Assembly (NCBI GenBank): GCA_010015585.1
Contig: ML975167.1
Reading direction: 5' to 3' (one strand)
Origin: Eremomyces bilateralis CBS 781.70
Taxonomy: Eukaryota
DNA length: 64,000 nt
Part shown: positions 1 through 13,613 of the stretch, in pieces
Numbering within the stretch: position 1 is the first letter of the stretch
Layout: the number at the start of each line of letters is the position of its first letter
The notes under the pieces: model-generated
Databases searched by the model: none
Told to the model about the DNA's origin: nothing
What the model saw: the letters and a program-made list of their open reading frames with translations, nothing else
Position numbers and translations under genes: made by a program

Positions 1-577
1 GAGCGAACCATTTGCTCACTTTCCTCCGTTCGTCGCCCTACTCACTTGCTGCCTTTCCGGTTGGCGAGAGTCCCAAGAAGCCAGAGGGATTGGACCTTTA
101 GGTGGTTCATCTCGACTTGTCACGTATTAAGGCCCCCAGAGGGAAAACCAGACAAGAAAGACCAGCCATATGTCGCGCATGTCCCATCCCTAGGACTTGC
201 ATTAGTATCCTTCAAAGCCAATTTCCAGCTGCAGCGCTGATTCCATTTCCCTTTCCTTCGGGCCAGTCTCACAAGTCACAAGGGAGGCAGGAAAACCGAC
301 CCGCCAAACAATTGAGAGCGGGTCCTTTCGTCTCTGTCTGCCTATCTGGTTGCGGTGTTGCAGGGAAAGTAATTACTGGGTACAGGTTGTCAGTCCAAAT
401 TGTGTGGGCAGTTGGTGGTGGTGTCCTCTGGTGTCTGGTGTGCCAGACGTTGCGCACTCTTTTTCTTCTCTTCTCTTGTCCTGGCTCTCCAACAACCTTA
501 CACTTCTACTGTACACTGTACGCTCTACACACCCTCTCTCCCTTTCTGTCTGATCTCCAGCCCTTCTCACCCACTCC

Positions 578-613
578 CCTTCCTCCTCCTCCTCCTCCTC
601 CTCTTCTTCTTCT
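578..613. repeat. (CCT)n/(CTT)n microsatellite in a polypyrimidine tract upstream of the AT-hook gene
   Basis: About 7 CCT units then about 3 CTT units, read directly; lies in a CT-rich tract (~520-700) typical of fungal core promoters and 5' leaders. Confidence 0.85.
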
Positions 614-1382
614 CCCACCCTACGTCAATCGCTCCGATACCTCCCTCTTCGTTTCCTTTCCCCTCCCCCCCTCCTCTTCCCCCCGCCTACTGACCCTCCC
701 CCAATCACCACATTCGTTTGATTTGATATAATATTCTGTTCCCCAAGGAGGCCAACCCCCGGTTCTAGCCTCGATGCACCGCCGCGTGCCACAGTTGCCG
801 CCTCTCTAAAGTCTAACGCCCGCACATCGGATCGGTTTTCCTGGCTTCTTGCAACCTCCAGATTTGTTTACGGAGGAGATAATTGACGGGCGCTTACCTT
901 GATTCTTTTCCTCGTCACTCGCTCGGCCTGTTGTGTGCTTGTTTCCATTAATTTGTTGCCGACCTGCATCTTCAAATCCAATCGTTGGACCCCACCACCA
1001 TCGTTTCTGTATCGGACCTCATGCACTCCACCTTCGTTAGGATCTCTTCCTCGTTGTCGTTGTTGGACCGTCTCTACGGAGGTACTGTTGTCAAGATTGT
1101 CAATCTGGGACTTGGTCGACAGTAACGTGTGCGTGCTTACGGTGACACGTCCGCCGCCTGTTGCTGTATATACCGCATAGATTCCCTTCTTGATCTCTTT
1201 TGCCTCCCCCGGTTGTGTTTTGTGACCCTTTCACGTTGGGCCATCAGCCTTGTGTATCCCCAACTTCCCTCCAGTTATACGCTCAGTCCGTCCTGCCGCA
1301 TCCCACTGTCACCTTGGCTACCAAATCTCTTCTTCGTGTCTCTCTTCCGCGGGCACATCCCACTTGGGTCCTCTGGCACGCT

Positions 1383-2761
1383 ATGGAAAGGCCGTCTTCT
1401 CGTGAACGGCAATGGACGAATCCCGAGATTGTATGTAGACCTCCCTCATCAAAGCCGTTCCGTGAAGATTCGACGTTGAGGACATGTTCCGATGGATATT
1501 GTGGCTAATTGTTGCACAGGTCGATCTTCTAGCGGAGATCATCAAAGCCGGAACTGTGGCACCAGAAATCCTCTTCAGATTCGTCCAAGACATCGGAATC
1601 CAGCCCAAGTGGGAAGATATTCCGCTTCCGCAAGGTAAATATGCGCCAAATCGACTCTGGAATCCTGACATTTCCGGTCAAGTGTGACTGACAGCATCGA
1701 TTTGTACAGGACGGTCGCTCAACCAATGCCGACAACTGTTCGATACTCTTCGTGTGCACATCCCGTATAGCGCCCCACCAGGCTTTCCATCCTCTCCATA
1801 CGGTAGCTCCGGTCCTCTCGCTCGTCCAGGAAGTCCTTCACGAAAACGTCCCCTTGCGCCTGATACCACGGGCCCTCTGCTGCCTCCGCAAGTTACGGGG
1901 GGTGGTCGCCCTCTCCAGCCGAAGCCACAACCGCAACCCCATGCGCCACTTCACTCACAACATGGGCACCAACTTCAAGCTCTCCCTTCGCCCGACCGCG
2001 CCCGCGCTGGCATCGGGGCTTCCGCCCCGCCGTACGCTCTTTCTCCCGCCCCGCATTCCGAGGCCTCGGGACAGCAGGGTCGCAAAAAGCGCGGTCGACC
2101 GACCAAACTCGAGGCGCAACGTCGCGCAGAAGCCGTCGCGAGGGGCGAGATACCGCCAGGACAGCCGCGCTCCGCGAAAAAGATCATGACGTCACCGCCT
2201 TCGGGCACTGACGCTTTGCCGTCTGCGGGTCTGTCACCGGCCCTAGGTGGGAGCATCGGTGGGGGTCACCTGTCTGCAACCAGCTCTGCGACGAGTCCGC
2301 TACCGTCTGCCGAATTAGGGCAGGAAAGTCCAGCGATATTGGAGCGGCAGAGGTTATCGGATCTGTTCAGGGAAAGACAGCGCGAACTCGACCGCGAGCA
2401 TGAACGGGATCCATGGAGAGCAAGTCTAGGAGGTGGGACCGGTGTCGGACTAGGCGCAAGTGCTGGGCCGAGTCTCATTCCAACCCCAAATATACCGCAC
2501 GAAGGAAACGAGCCGCCCGCTGGAGTTGGGCCGGGACAACGAATGTCTCAACCTGGTATGCCGAGTACCGGTGTTGGAGCATCACCTGCAGGTGCTCAAG
2601 GACCATCTTCGAAAATGTCCGTGGACGCGCCGCCAGGACAACCTAGACACGAGCAACCTGGTGAACAAGAGCTGAAATCTAGCGGAGAGCAAACGCCACA
2701 GACACAACAGGAACAAGGCCAGAGACAGCACCGTTCCTACCGGGATACGGTGATGTCGTAA
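1383..2761 (+). CDS. AT-hook DNA-binding protein with a small N-terminal helical (Myb/SANT-like) domain; 3 exons
   Basis: Exons 1383-1430, 1520-1634 and 1710-2761. Introns GTATGT..GCTAAT..CAG and GTAAAT..CTGAC..CAG keep the frame: MERPSSRERQWTNPEI|VDLLAEIIK..WEDIPLPQG|RSLNQC. AT-hook KKRGRPTK present. Confidence 0.8.
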
Positions 2762-5523
2762 TTGACGACGTGAACAGATACAACGAGAATGGTAAACGCA
2801 ATGGGATGAGCCGATCGATCACACCTACACTGTCGCTACTGGATCGCACCTCGGATGAGAAGTCACGCAGTGACTCGCTTCGACCCGACGAAATTATGTC
2901 TAAACGACCTTTATCCGAGCCACCTACGAACTATTCCCAAGAACCAATCATGACATTAATACCGAGCCACGAACACTCCAACGAATCATACGGGAGCCTG
3001 AATCCCCGGCGCCCAATAATGCAGCACCGTCCATTTCATTGGCAACCCCTCCGACGAATGGCGACGAGACAACACACTACGCCTTCACGATTCGATGACG
3101 CGGAAACCTCGACCGATTACGACCCGTATCATACTTCTATCACGCCTAATTGCCCCCTTCTAGACAGCAACAATGCCCGACCGGTTCGCGTCGGCGCATG
3201 GGGAAACACAACCTTCTGCCTGGGGCTGGACACGCTTTCGAATGAAGAAACCACCCCCGCATACGACCGATGAGACAAATGGATATGGATACGCAGCGAT
3301 CGGATGATGCGTACAATCGTGAATTTCTTACGCGAATAATGTTGAAATGCCGAATTGCACTTGATGCCGAACCCCTCGAGCGCGTTCCACCACCACCTCT
3401 TGTATTTCCTTCCTTTCTTCCTTCTGTCTCATGACATGACGACTATGTCAGTTCGAAGCGACACGGTCTGATTTGCTTTCACATGGTTATACGTTATGAG
3501 GATAAAAGTCGGAGGTAATCTGCTGCGTCCGCGGTCTGTTTTCCAGCGGACTTCTCTGCCCGTACCCCGTTCACGATGCTCTAGTGGTCATGGAAATTCC
3601 CCTAATGCCGCATTCGACTTTCTATTTGTCACTTCCCGCATGGCGTTCCCCGTTTCCTTGCGGCATTTTGCTTCTGTCTTGTATTTGTACGTCTCTGTAC
3701 GCCTGTCACGCACGGCGCACATGCCAATCACGCTCCTTGATGCCTCATCGAAGTATGTTTCATCGTCTATGTATGTATCCTATTTCAGCTATGTGTTATC
3801 TGCCATGCCGTCATGCTTAACACGGCCGACGACCGCGTTGGGAAATACAGGAATCCCCTCGTGAAGCGTTGTGGACTTTGCTAATAATGACTTTGATTTT
3901 CTTATCTTGCTCTTGGGATATCAATGGGTCGGAACGAATCAGGCTGACTCGCGTCACTGATGGATATCTTTTAAGGGAAAAGAGGCTGCATGGGCGGAGG
4001 GCTTCGAGCGATTGGATTTTGGACCATTGCATCGCCTTTGCAGTTAGCGCATGTCCTCGCACTGGCGATCGAGCAAGGGTGCTAGGGCAGGATGGAGTCA
4101 ATCCGTTTGTATTGCCGCTGATGCATTAGAATCGCTGCAGCGAACTATCACAACAATGTGTAATACAAATGCAAGGATTTGACGGGAAACACCTAGGGAA
4201 CTCGACATTTCTTTGTTCCCCAGTTGCCATGATAGACACTAGGTGAGCCTGTGTAGAGAACGAGCTCAACGGTCGAAGCAGCCAAGTCGATCATTGCATT
4301 TGCGACGTAGCACGATATGGTGCCAAAGAGCGATACAATCTCGAAATCAGCGTCACCCCACCCTCACGCAAGGAGTACAAGATCCTTAGCTCCGATCGAC
4401 GGCATAAGAGGTGTTGCATATGCACTATGCAGCTACTGGATGGCAGATATGTCTGCGTTCTGCAGCCATCCCATTTCCGTCACCATGTGTCCCCCCGCCC
4501 AGCACCGCGGCCTCCCAAGGGCGTTTTAATAGAATACACAACATGGAGAATCGTCATGAGCGTCTCCCTATCGTCCTGTATCGTGATAATCTTGAGTATC
4601 TCCAGCCACCGCCAGTCGGCACCATTTCCACTGTCCATCTCCAGCAACCTCGAAACCCCAACCATCCGTTCTCTCGGTTCGAGTATTTGGAATCATCGAG
4701 CGAGTCCAAGAAGTCCAGCGCGGATTGATTGGTCGCCGATTCGTCTGGCTTCGATCGTTTCGAGATGGGCTGTTAACTGGGTGGCTTTGTGGAGCCGATG
4801 GGCGGAGCGGGCCGGGAGGCGGGATGGCCAAGGGACTTGGTTGGCAAATGCTGCAGTTCAGACCACTGCCGGGAGGTGATTGGTTATTGGAGATCGTCAA
4901 GCATCCTAGTTGGATGGAATTGATGTTCCAGTGAGTTAGACGCATGCTCGACCTCCGTGAGTAATTAACATAAATCTCTTTGTCCCTGGGCGAGGCAGGG
5001 TCTAATATCGAGAACGGATAAGCGTTTTCGAAGCCCTGGGTATGATTCAGCCTTCAAGGCCATCAAGTTCATCCACTGGGAATGGCTGGATCTTCAATTT
5101 CAAGAACCATGGAGACTCAACCACAGTCGGTATTCGGGATAATTACAACCAAGTAAATAAAACTCACGGATGATGATTTACAGGGCATCAGGCTGGGGTT
5201 TTCGATTTTTTCTCAGACTGAGGTATTTTCATCAAACGACGTGCGTTCCATTATCCTCCACCGCCAACGAATCTCACCAGCGGCAATGCGCAATATCATC
5301 GTCCTTTTTCGTCATCCACTGTCAACAATTTTTTACCAGTGCAATTGCATTGTACTTCTGATGTGTCAACATCCAATAACGTTCGGCGCCGAAAGGCCCC
5401 AAATTCCATCTTCCAGTGGACGATCAACATCCCGTCACTCATTATCCCACTGATATCTTCCAACTGAGTCAGGAATGTCGTGCAAAATCATAGCTTCCAG
5501 CTCAAAGATACTCGCCATCCAGA

Positions 5524-7986
5524 TCACCACATGTTGGTGCGTCGAAAGTTCGATTCGCCCCACTGATAGCGGCGGTCACGGCCCACGCGCTCTGGGACTT
5601 TCTCCCAACCCTGATCGCCGAAGTAGCTTCGGTTGCCGTCCTTCGATCGGTCAATGGTCCACTCGGGGGACTTGGCGAACGGTGCAAAATAGTTGCGCGG
5701 TTGGTTCGCGTAGAAGCTCGTCGTTGGCCAGGGCTCACCTTCGGTGGGGCCTGAGGGAAGACAAAGATCAGCACAGTGAATAGGTTAACAAGCAACAGGA
5801 GGAACTCACCAGTGGTCTTAGTCTTCCTGCCTCTAAAAATGCGCTTGCCATTCTTCCAGGTGGGGTGAGTGTCGACGTCAGAGTTGCTACAGTCGCGTGC
5901 CATCTCCTGCGAACCCGCATCGGCCGGCGCAGTGTACGCCCTCATGTTCTCATTGATGGCCAGGAGGATTGACCCAATGGTGGACACACCCTCATCCGTG
6001 TAAGCGAAATCAGGAGTGGTTGGGCTGGCGTTCCGGTAAAAGACCCTCGCAGCCGTGTTCGCGTTGATGTCCGCCGCGGTGAAATCTATGCCAATGGTTA
6101 ATGATAAATAAGCCAATGCGACCTGTTTTTGCACGGGCATTGGACTCACTTGTCGAGCCCGCAGCAGATGGATTGAGCTCACGGTGTCCCAGAGCCGCGC
6201 CACTTGCGGGTGCATCAGCGTGTGATGGTTTCATCGCAACCAAGACACGACGACGGGGTTCATATAATCCGTAGGCCTGGGATCCACCGCTATACTTGCC
6301 CCCGTTTGGCATAAATTTCTTGCGATGGGTTTGGGCATGGCGGGCATCTTCCTCGTCATCAACTCCCAGCTTGATGCGCGTCTCAAGAGTGTACTTCTTA
6401 CTCTCGGCGATCAACTCGTCATTGGACAGTGAGGGTGGCATAATGGGGTGGCCTCGTGGGCCACTATGCGCTGGAGTCATGATGGTGCGATTGGGAGTGA
6501 ACAGATCGTGGATGGTGTTATTCTCGGTGCGGGCACAAGTGAGGATGGCAGTTGCCGTTTCTGTCCTGGACTTGCCAGTATATTCTCGGGCTGCGTTGAT
6601 GTCGACAGTCAGGTGCTTAGGCGATTTGACTTCGTTCTTTCGGGTTTCTGATGGAAGAGATTTTGCAACCTCAGAAATCACATTCCCTTTGGTTGTGGTT
6701 GGTGGAGAGGCGCAAGGAGTGTAAACGTTTGCGTTGTTGTTGTCGTCGGGGGCTGTGAATTGGGACAGAACCACCCTGTGGAATTGACTCTCGGTTTTCC
6801 CATCGTTGACAGGACGACCCAACTCATGGAAGTTAACACGCTCTGAAGAGCCTTCACGGCATGCAGGACCATCGACAAGTGTGAACGCTGAAAAAGGTTA
6901 GAAATGTTTGCTTGAGATTTTGGACAGAACAAGAAAACTCACCTGAGCCGCTGTGCTTCACAGCTCCGATTTCCGATCTGGCATAAACAAATGGATCGTC
7001 TTGATGGGCTACCTTGCACGGGTAAAAGCTGGCCGGATTCCCCGCGATTTGCCCGTCCATGGAGAGGGTCGCTGACTGGCGATTCGGCAGAATTGGGTTG
7101 GCAATGTACGCACCGTGGCGGCGGTATTGGGATGCGACCTGGCCATACCCAACGGTGTAGTGACCGTTGGCGTCAGAGTGTCCATTCCAGTTGCGACCCC
7201 CCGACCTAGGGCCACAACTAACTGCAACACTCGCAGGGACCAAGTGGTCCCTGCCGTTGACAACCGCCGCCTCAAACTGCATACACACCACCCGGAAGTG
7301 GTTCAGCGTTTCGTAGACCACAGGTTGAAGAAACTCCTCCTGGAGGACGATCTGTCGCAGTATCCCGTCGATCGACTGCTTCTCGTAGGAGTACTTGCCG
7401 GCAACCAGCCATTGGTGGCCAAGCCAGGCGTGAGCTTCAACGTCCCCATTGGGTTGAAGAACCAATGTTAACTCCCCGACCGCGTTCCCTGTCATGTAGG
7501 GTAGGATTTCGGGCCCGGGAATCGGCCCTCGGAACACCGTCTCGACCTCCTTCAGATGTGTCTCTCTGGAAGGTACAGGCTTGCGCTGAGGTAGATCCGG
7601 AAAAGGTGGGAGCTCAATGTCGAGCTGCGAACGTTTGGGCTTCGCAGTTGTCTTCTTCTGGGCTTGGCGGGCTGTCCGAGCCACTCTACATCGCTCAGAG
7701 CGAATAGGTATGGGGTTTTGGGTACCGATTCCAAAGTCGGTCAGGGTTATAGGGCCGCCATTGTCTTCGAGTGCAGGTTAGAAACCATTCAATGTCATTT
7801 GGTTATGACGTTCTTACCTTCGAAATCGCTTGGCTTGATCGGCCGATACTTTCTCTCAGATTTCGGGAGAGAAGTGGCAGGGGTTTGATGGGAGAGGCCA
7901 GTTAGAAAGACCGTGGACATTTTCGGTGCTGGGCTATCAAACCGATGGTCGTTGGCAGGCCGATTGAGCTTCTGGAAACGATCCAT
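5524..7986 (-). CDS. Conserved fungal hypothetical protein; 5 exons
   Basis: ATG at 7986. Introns at 7817-7765 (AAG acceptor), ~6941-6888, 6149-6086 and ~5809-5751 join ORF-track pieces 7795..7986, 6854..7684, 6010..6822 and 5502..6215 in frame. Last exon reads ..NYFAPFAKSPEWTIDRSKDGNRSYFGDQGWEKVPERVGRDRRYQW..MW*. Confidence 0.75.
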
Positions 7987-9493
7987 GGCGATAGAAGATC
8001 TGGAAATTCATGAGCGGGCTCTAAGAATTCAAAGGCTGATTTAACAGTGAGGACCAAGGAATCATCGAGAGTGATGGGGGATGAGTGAGGTTGAACGGTT
8101 TGGTTGTGCGGGTAGGGCAAATGGTGAGATAATGATGGGACGAGGGAAATCGGAAGGTGCAAATGATGGGACTTCCCCACGAAGCAAAGGGTGGAATTGG
8201 ATAAGAACATGGGAAATGTGTGCAATTGTGATAATGGAGGAATTCCACTTAGTGCGTAGCTGAAACTAGAGAGCAAGGCGAGAAAGTGGAAGTATGAGAG
8301 TGAACGGGGTTCGAACGAGGAAGTGAAAAAAAGAAGCACGCCCACACCGACTTATCTAGTGGTTCGATATTGCTCGGGAGGGTGAGTGGTCATTCCCAGG
8401 CAACTCGAGGATGCCCGAACTAGTCTTGAAGGTGTGGGCAAAGTAAAGGAAGGGGCTTCTATCAAGCGAGAAACAACTTGAGGGCGTGTATGTATTTGAA
8501 CTGTAGGAGTAAATGCTGGAAATGCGCTGAACCGGACGTTCCAAACGAAGAAAGTGCGATGAGGAAGATGTTGAAGAGAAAATAAAAAAAGCGGAAGAAA
8601 AGGAGGAGAAGAAAAGGAAGAACACGAGAAGAGAGATCGGGAGGAAGGCGCAAGGAAATAATGGAATTGAGAGCAATTGAACAATTGCGCTGCATTCACT
8701 TGGTTCAATATATCACTTTCAGTTTCAACCTAGCCTGACCTGATAACTTGATAACTCCATTACAGGAGAGAGCTAATTGGACGGACACCATTCAATCGCC
8801 GCATCTAATGAATTCACCTGCTCCTCCACTCGCTCCATGACTTTCCAGCGTTCGAAATTCGGTGTTATCAGTCGCATGGCATCGGGAATTGTGCAAGCAA
8901 GCCGGACAGATGCCAAACTTGCTCATCCAGGGGGACGCTTTGAGTGTCGAGGAAAGATTCCGGCAAACGCTCAATGCTGGCGATATATACCATTATTTAG
9001 AGATTTGTCTTTATATTGGATCCAGGCCCCGCTGAAGGCCTCCCGCTCTGGCGAGATACCCAGTTGGAGCCAGCCCAGGTTTTGTTGTAACCAGAAGCAA
9101 GGCTAAACCAAGAGGCGGCGCATCAGCCGGTGTAATACTGACAATTATGCGTTTCCTCAATCTGTCCATATTAATGATGAGCCTGACTGTTCGAGCTGTC
9201 AGTATTATGGAGAACCGTCAGTTAGTCGGTGGACGTCGGTTGTTGATATTATCGTGCACGTGATTCTGTGGCTGGGACGTGGCAAAGAATTTTGATTGGA
9301 CATATTTAGTGGGCCCCATACCAAAAGGTGGCGTCCAATCAGAATCCCTGTCTTCCTTCCTCTTAACAATTTTTGGGCGACGGAAATTTTGAGCCTCTAT
9401 CAACACTTGTGATATCCGATATCGTCTATAACCTCCATCGCCTGCTGATACTCCCCAACCTGATCGTATATATTCATTGCAATTCCCGTCGCG

Positions 9494-11298
9494 ATGAGTG
9501 AAGAAGAAGCACCCGATTCACGGGTCTGTATTGGAGTTTCGTTCGGAAACTCCTACAGTTCCATCGCCTACACCGCCGCTGTAAGTACTCGACTCAAGGA
9601 CATGGTGATAAGGTAGATCTGACAGTCTATCTAGGATGGCAAAACCGAAGTGATTGCAAACGAGGACGGAGATCGACAAATCCCTTCGATCTTGTCGTAC
9701 GTTTCTGGCGAGGAGTTCAATGGGAATCAAGCCAAGGCACAGCTTGTGCGGAACCCGGAAAACACTGTCGTGTGCTTCAGGGACTTCCTCGGTCGAGAGT
9801 ATGTATTGCCAGTTCTCAAAGGCGAACCAGAGACAAAGCTGACGAATGTAGGTTCAAGGATATCGATCCCACGCCGTGCCACACCTCCGCGCACCCAATC
9901 TCGCAAGATTCGACCATCGCCTTCAACATCTGCGATGATGATTCGGGCAATGCGCATCCAGTCTCGATATCGACGATAACAACCCGGCACCTTGCTCGAC
10001 TCAAGGCGTCCGCCTCGGATTATCTCGGTCGTAACGTCACGCATGCCGTCCTTACGGTCCCCACCAACTTCACACCGGCACAGCAAGAGGCGCTGAAAGC
10101 CTGTGCGGCGGAAGCCAAGATTTCGATCTTACACTTTATCCATGAACCGATCTCCTCGCTCTTGGCATATGATGCTCGATCGCCCGACACAGCCTCTCCT
10201 TCGGACAAGAACGTCGTGGTGGTCGACATTGGGGCCACTCGCAGCGACGTCACCGTTGTGGCATCAAGAGGCGGCATCTACACCATCTTGGCGACTCAAC
10301 ATGACTACGATACTGCCGGCACGCAGCTCGATAGCGTCCTGATCGACCACTTCGCGAAGGCCTTCCTGCAGAAGCACAAGACCTCGACTGACCCCCGCAC
10401 GACACCCCGGTCGCTCGCGAAGATGAAGCTGGAGTGCGAAAACGTCAAGAAGCACCTCTCCCTCAGCACGTCCGCCACCTTCTCCGTCGAGTCCCTTGTC
10501 TCCGGCCTCGACTTTACCCTTACCATCAACCGCTCCCGCTATGAGCTCCTGGCCTCCAAGCACTTCCAAGCCCTCGGCCGCCTCGTCCTTGCCGGCGTCA
10601 CCAAGGCCGGTCTGGATCCCCTCGACGTCTCCGAAATCGTTATGGCGGGAGGCTCGTCGCACACCCCGCGTATCGCCTCGGCCATCGCTGCGCTGTTCCC
10701 CGAGGAGACCCGTGTCTTTTCCCCCGCCACCGACAACAACGCCGTGAATCCCTCGGAGGCCGCGGCCCGTGGCGCCGCCATCCAAGCGAGCTTGATCGCT
10801 GAGTTCGAGGAGAAGGACATCGAGGAGTCGGTCCACGCTGTGGTGACGTCGACGCCGCATCTTGAGGCGACGGTGGGCCTGGTGGGCGCCGGCGACAGCT
10901 TCCTGCCGGTCGTCCTGAAAGACACGCCGGTGCCGGTCCGGAAGACGGTGACGGTCGCCGCGCCGAAGGACGGAGGCGATGTCCTGGTGCGTATCGCGGA
11001 GGGCGAGCGGGCGATTGACGTGACCGTCGCGGAGAAGGTGGAGAAGAAGACGAACGGCGCGAAGACGGACGACGAGGATTCCGACGAGGCCTCCGAGTCC
11101 GATGATGAGCCGGAGGAGATCCGGAAGGTCGTCTGGAAGGCGACGAAGCCGGTCGCGGAGGCGGGCGTGGCGGGCGTCAAGAAGGGCGGGAAGGTCGAGG
11201 TGCAGATCTCGGTGCATGCGGACTTGACGGTTCATGTGCAGATTCGCGAGGTCGGAGGCAAGGGTGGAGTGCGAGGGACGGTGGAAGCGTCAAGTTAA
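9494..11298 (+). CDS. SSZ1: Ribosome-associated complex atypical Hsp70 subunit Ssz1; 3 exons
   Basis: MSEEEAPDSRVCIGVSFGNSYSSIAY|DGKTEVIANEDGDRQIPS. Hsp70 motifs VLTVPTNF, IHEP, DIGATRSD, MAGGSSHTPRI and AARGAAIQA. Truncated C-terminus without a lid domain is typical of Ssz1. Introns 9581-9634 and ~9799-9851. Confidence 0.93.
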
Positions 11299-11640
11299 AA
11301 GTTGGGTAGGATCGATGGGTTAATGAGTCGCTCTTTTGCACATTTTTTTACGACGTCGTACAGCATAGAGGTTACAGGTCGGCATATGGACACCCTGGAC
11401 GAGCAATTGAAGAGTGTTTCGAGAAGTAAATATTGGACGAGTGGTCATGAGTAGTTGGGGGTTAAACATGGGATCGAATTGGTATATCGTGCTTCTTCGA
11501 CCAGTGCAATGCTTCCTAAATCCTACAGCCGCTGATACTCACCATCGAAGCGAATATGATAGAACACGAACCCATTTGTGCATTGAAGCATTGGCATCTG
11601 CCTACCGAATGTATCCCAGCATTTTGGCCTCATCCACCGT

Positions 11641-13014
11641 TCAGTCGTTCAGAAACTTCCCCAGAGTAATGACCCTGTCCGGGAGTAGCTCGCCTGCGTA
11701 ATCGAGCAAGTCTCTCTGACCATACAGCTCACCTACCACTAGGACAACGGCTTCAATAGTGAATAGCGTGCTAGGCTCCAGCGGCTTGAACGGCTGCCGA
11801 AGCGGTGGTGAGCCTGTTTCGGATGGTGCTATGCCGTCAGTGGAAACCTTCGGATCTTCCGACGTCAATGCCGTCGGTGGTCTACCGCTGCTTGAATGCG
11901 CGGCTGCTCCTGATGATTCCAGTGTGGTTCCGTCGGGGATCTGTGCAGACTCTTCACCAGTAGTATTGAGGCCACCCGAGGTGCTATCTCCTCCAACAGT
12001 TTCTGGTACCCCCTTCTCGTTAGCTGCGGAACGGACGTCTTCGCCCTTACTCGAACGCTCCGCGTCACCTTGATCGTGACCAGCTCCTACAGCACGATCC
12101 ATCTCATCTTCCCGCGCATCATATTGCGCCCTCGCAACCACCCCCCTCAACTTCACCTCCAACCCCTTCTTCGCCACCTCTCGCAACCCCCCCACCTCCT
12201 CATACCCCAAACACCCCACCTCCCGAATCCTCGCCATCAGACTCCACACCCATACACTAACCTTCTCCTCCGCCACCGCCCGCTTCCCCAACAGCCGCGC
12301 CATCACCGCCTTGAGCATCCGAAACACTCCCTCCGTCGACATCAGCGCCACCACCGTCCGCACCGCGCTGGGGCCGCTGTCCTGGACGATCGTCTTATAC
12401 GTTTGCTTCGCCGGCTGTCCGAAGATCAGCTCCTGCTGTAGCTCTGTGAGGCCCCGTAGTGCGTCCTTGGGCGGTTTTCGTTGTAGGAGTTTCCGCAGCT
12501 CGAGGAAGCGGATTAGGAGAGAGGTGCGGAGGAGGGCGCGCGCTTGGGTGGCGGGGTGGTGATGTAGCAGGTCGCGGGGGATCACGGGGCCGAGTTCGGG
12601 GCGCGCGACGTATGCGCCGTCGGTGTAGAAGCCTTCCGTGTCCGCTATCTCGTCGTCCTCGTCCTCGGGTTCGGTGGGGAGGGGTGCGGAGAGGAACGGC
12701 GGGATGCCCCCGGCTTCAACTCTGGAGAGTCAAGTTAGTGGTTATGCTAGAAAATATGGACGGCGCCGTACATACCGTACCGAACGAAGATACTGCTGCG
12801 CCATCGTCCCCTCCTCGTCGTCCGGGTCCAGCGCGTCCCAGATCCCCAGCGCGGCACGTTGCCCGTAGTGGAGGTCCATGCCGGAGACGACCCGCGAGTC
12901 GACGAAGGATGCCTTCTTCTTCTTGGGGTCGCGGCGGGGGTCGCGGGGGGACGGGTCGGGGGAGTCGGAGTCGGAGTCGTCGCGTTTGCGTTTTGGCGTG
13001 GATTCGAGGGACAT
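11641..13014 (-). CDS. Gemin2/Brr1 (SMN-interacting protein 1)-like snRNP assembly factor; 2 exons
   Basis: Exons 13014-12776 and 12721-11641 (intron GTATGT..CTAAC..CAG). Motifs QYLRSVR|VEA, WVWSLMAR..LREVAKK and C-terminal VVGELYGQRDL match the Gemin2 family pattern. Confidence 0.7.
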
Positions 13015-13613
13015 GTCTGATGGTGAAGGTGCCGCGATTATATTGGCTAAGCACTATGTTTTCGTAGTCGAGACCGCTGGTGTTGTCGCCAGTGTAATAC
13101 TGTATTAGACTGTAGTCTCATGAACAAAGAAGAAACCTGGTAAGCAAAGGTCACTGAAGTCAAGACCATAGAGGTAGCAATGGTTGGTGTAATTATGTTG
13201 GATCCTGTCTGCAGTCTGCACCTAGCATCGTGGACTAATCGGCCTGAAATTTGGGATATGGAACCCCCAAGCGGCGAGTTGGCATCACGACGCGTCGACG
13301 CGATCGAATTTATGCAATATATTGACGAATACAATCACCATTAGAGTCATTTAAGCCAAGCAAGTCCAAGTTTATTGATCGAAGTCTCAATTGCCAAGTG
13401 TCCAAGACAACTTCCGGTCTACTATAAAGATACCTGATACCTTATCAAGAATAACGATGTGTAAAGTGATATTAAGCAGCGTGTGCTCTCATACTGCTAT
13501 CTAACAAAACCAAGTCATGCGCCGTCTCTCCAAAGTTCAAACCCATAATCCCATCCCGATTGTTCATACCGCCATATCACTACATGCTCTCATCTCCTCG
13601 CCGGGAAGGCCAC

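Noticed and set aside
102..731. 209-aa ORF and overlapping poly-Glu/poly-Leu ORFs
   Set aside because: Non-ATG starts; produced by the CT-rich promoter tract and the CCT microsatellite.
2770..3273. 167-aa ORF just after the AT-hook stop, considered as a readthrough extension
   Set aside because: Different frame, GTG start, and an in-frame TGA follows the real stop within a few codons; most likely 3' UTR.
6010..6215. Apparent frameshift between ORFs 6010..6822 and 5502..6215
   Set aside because: Explained by a canonical 64-nt intron at 6149-6086.
10264..11235. 323-aa and 213-aa minus-strand ORFs
   Set aside because: Antisense shadows of GC-rich SSZ1.
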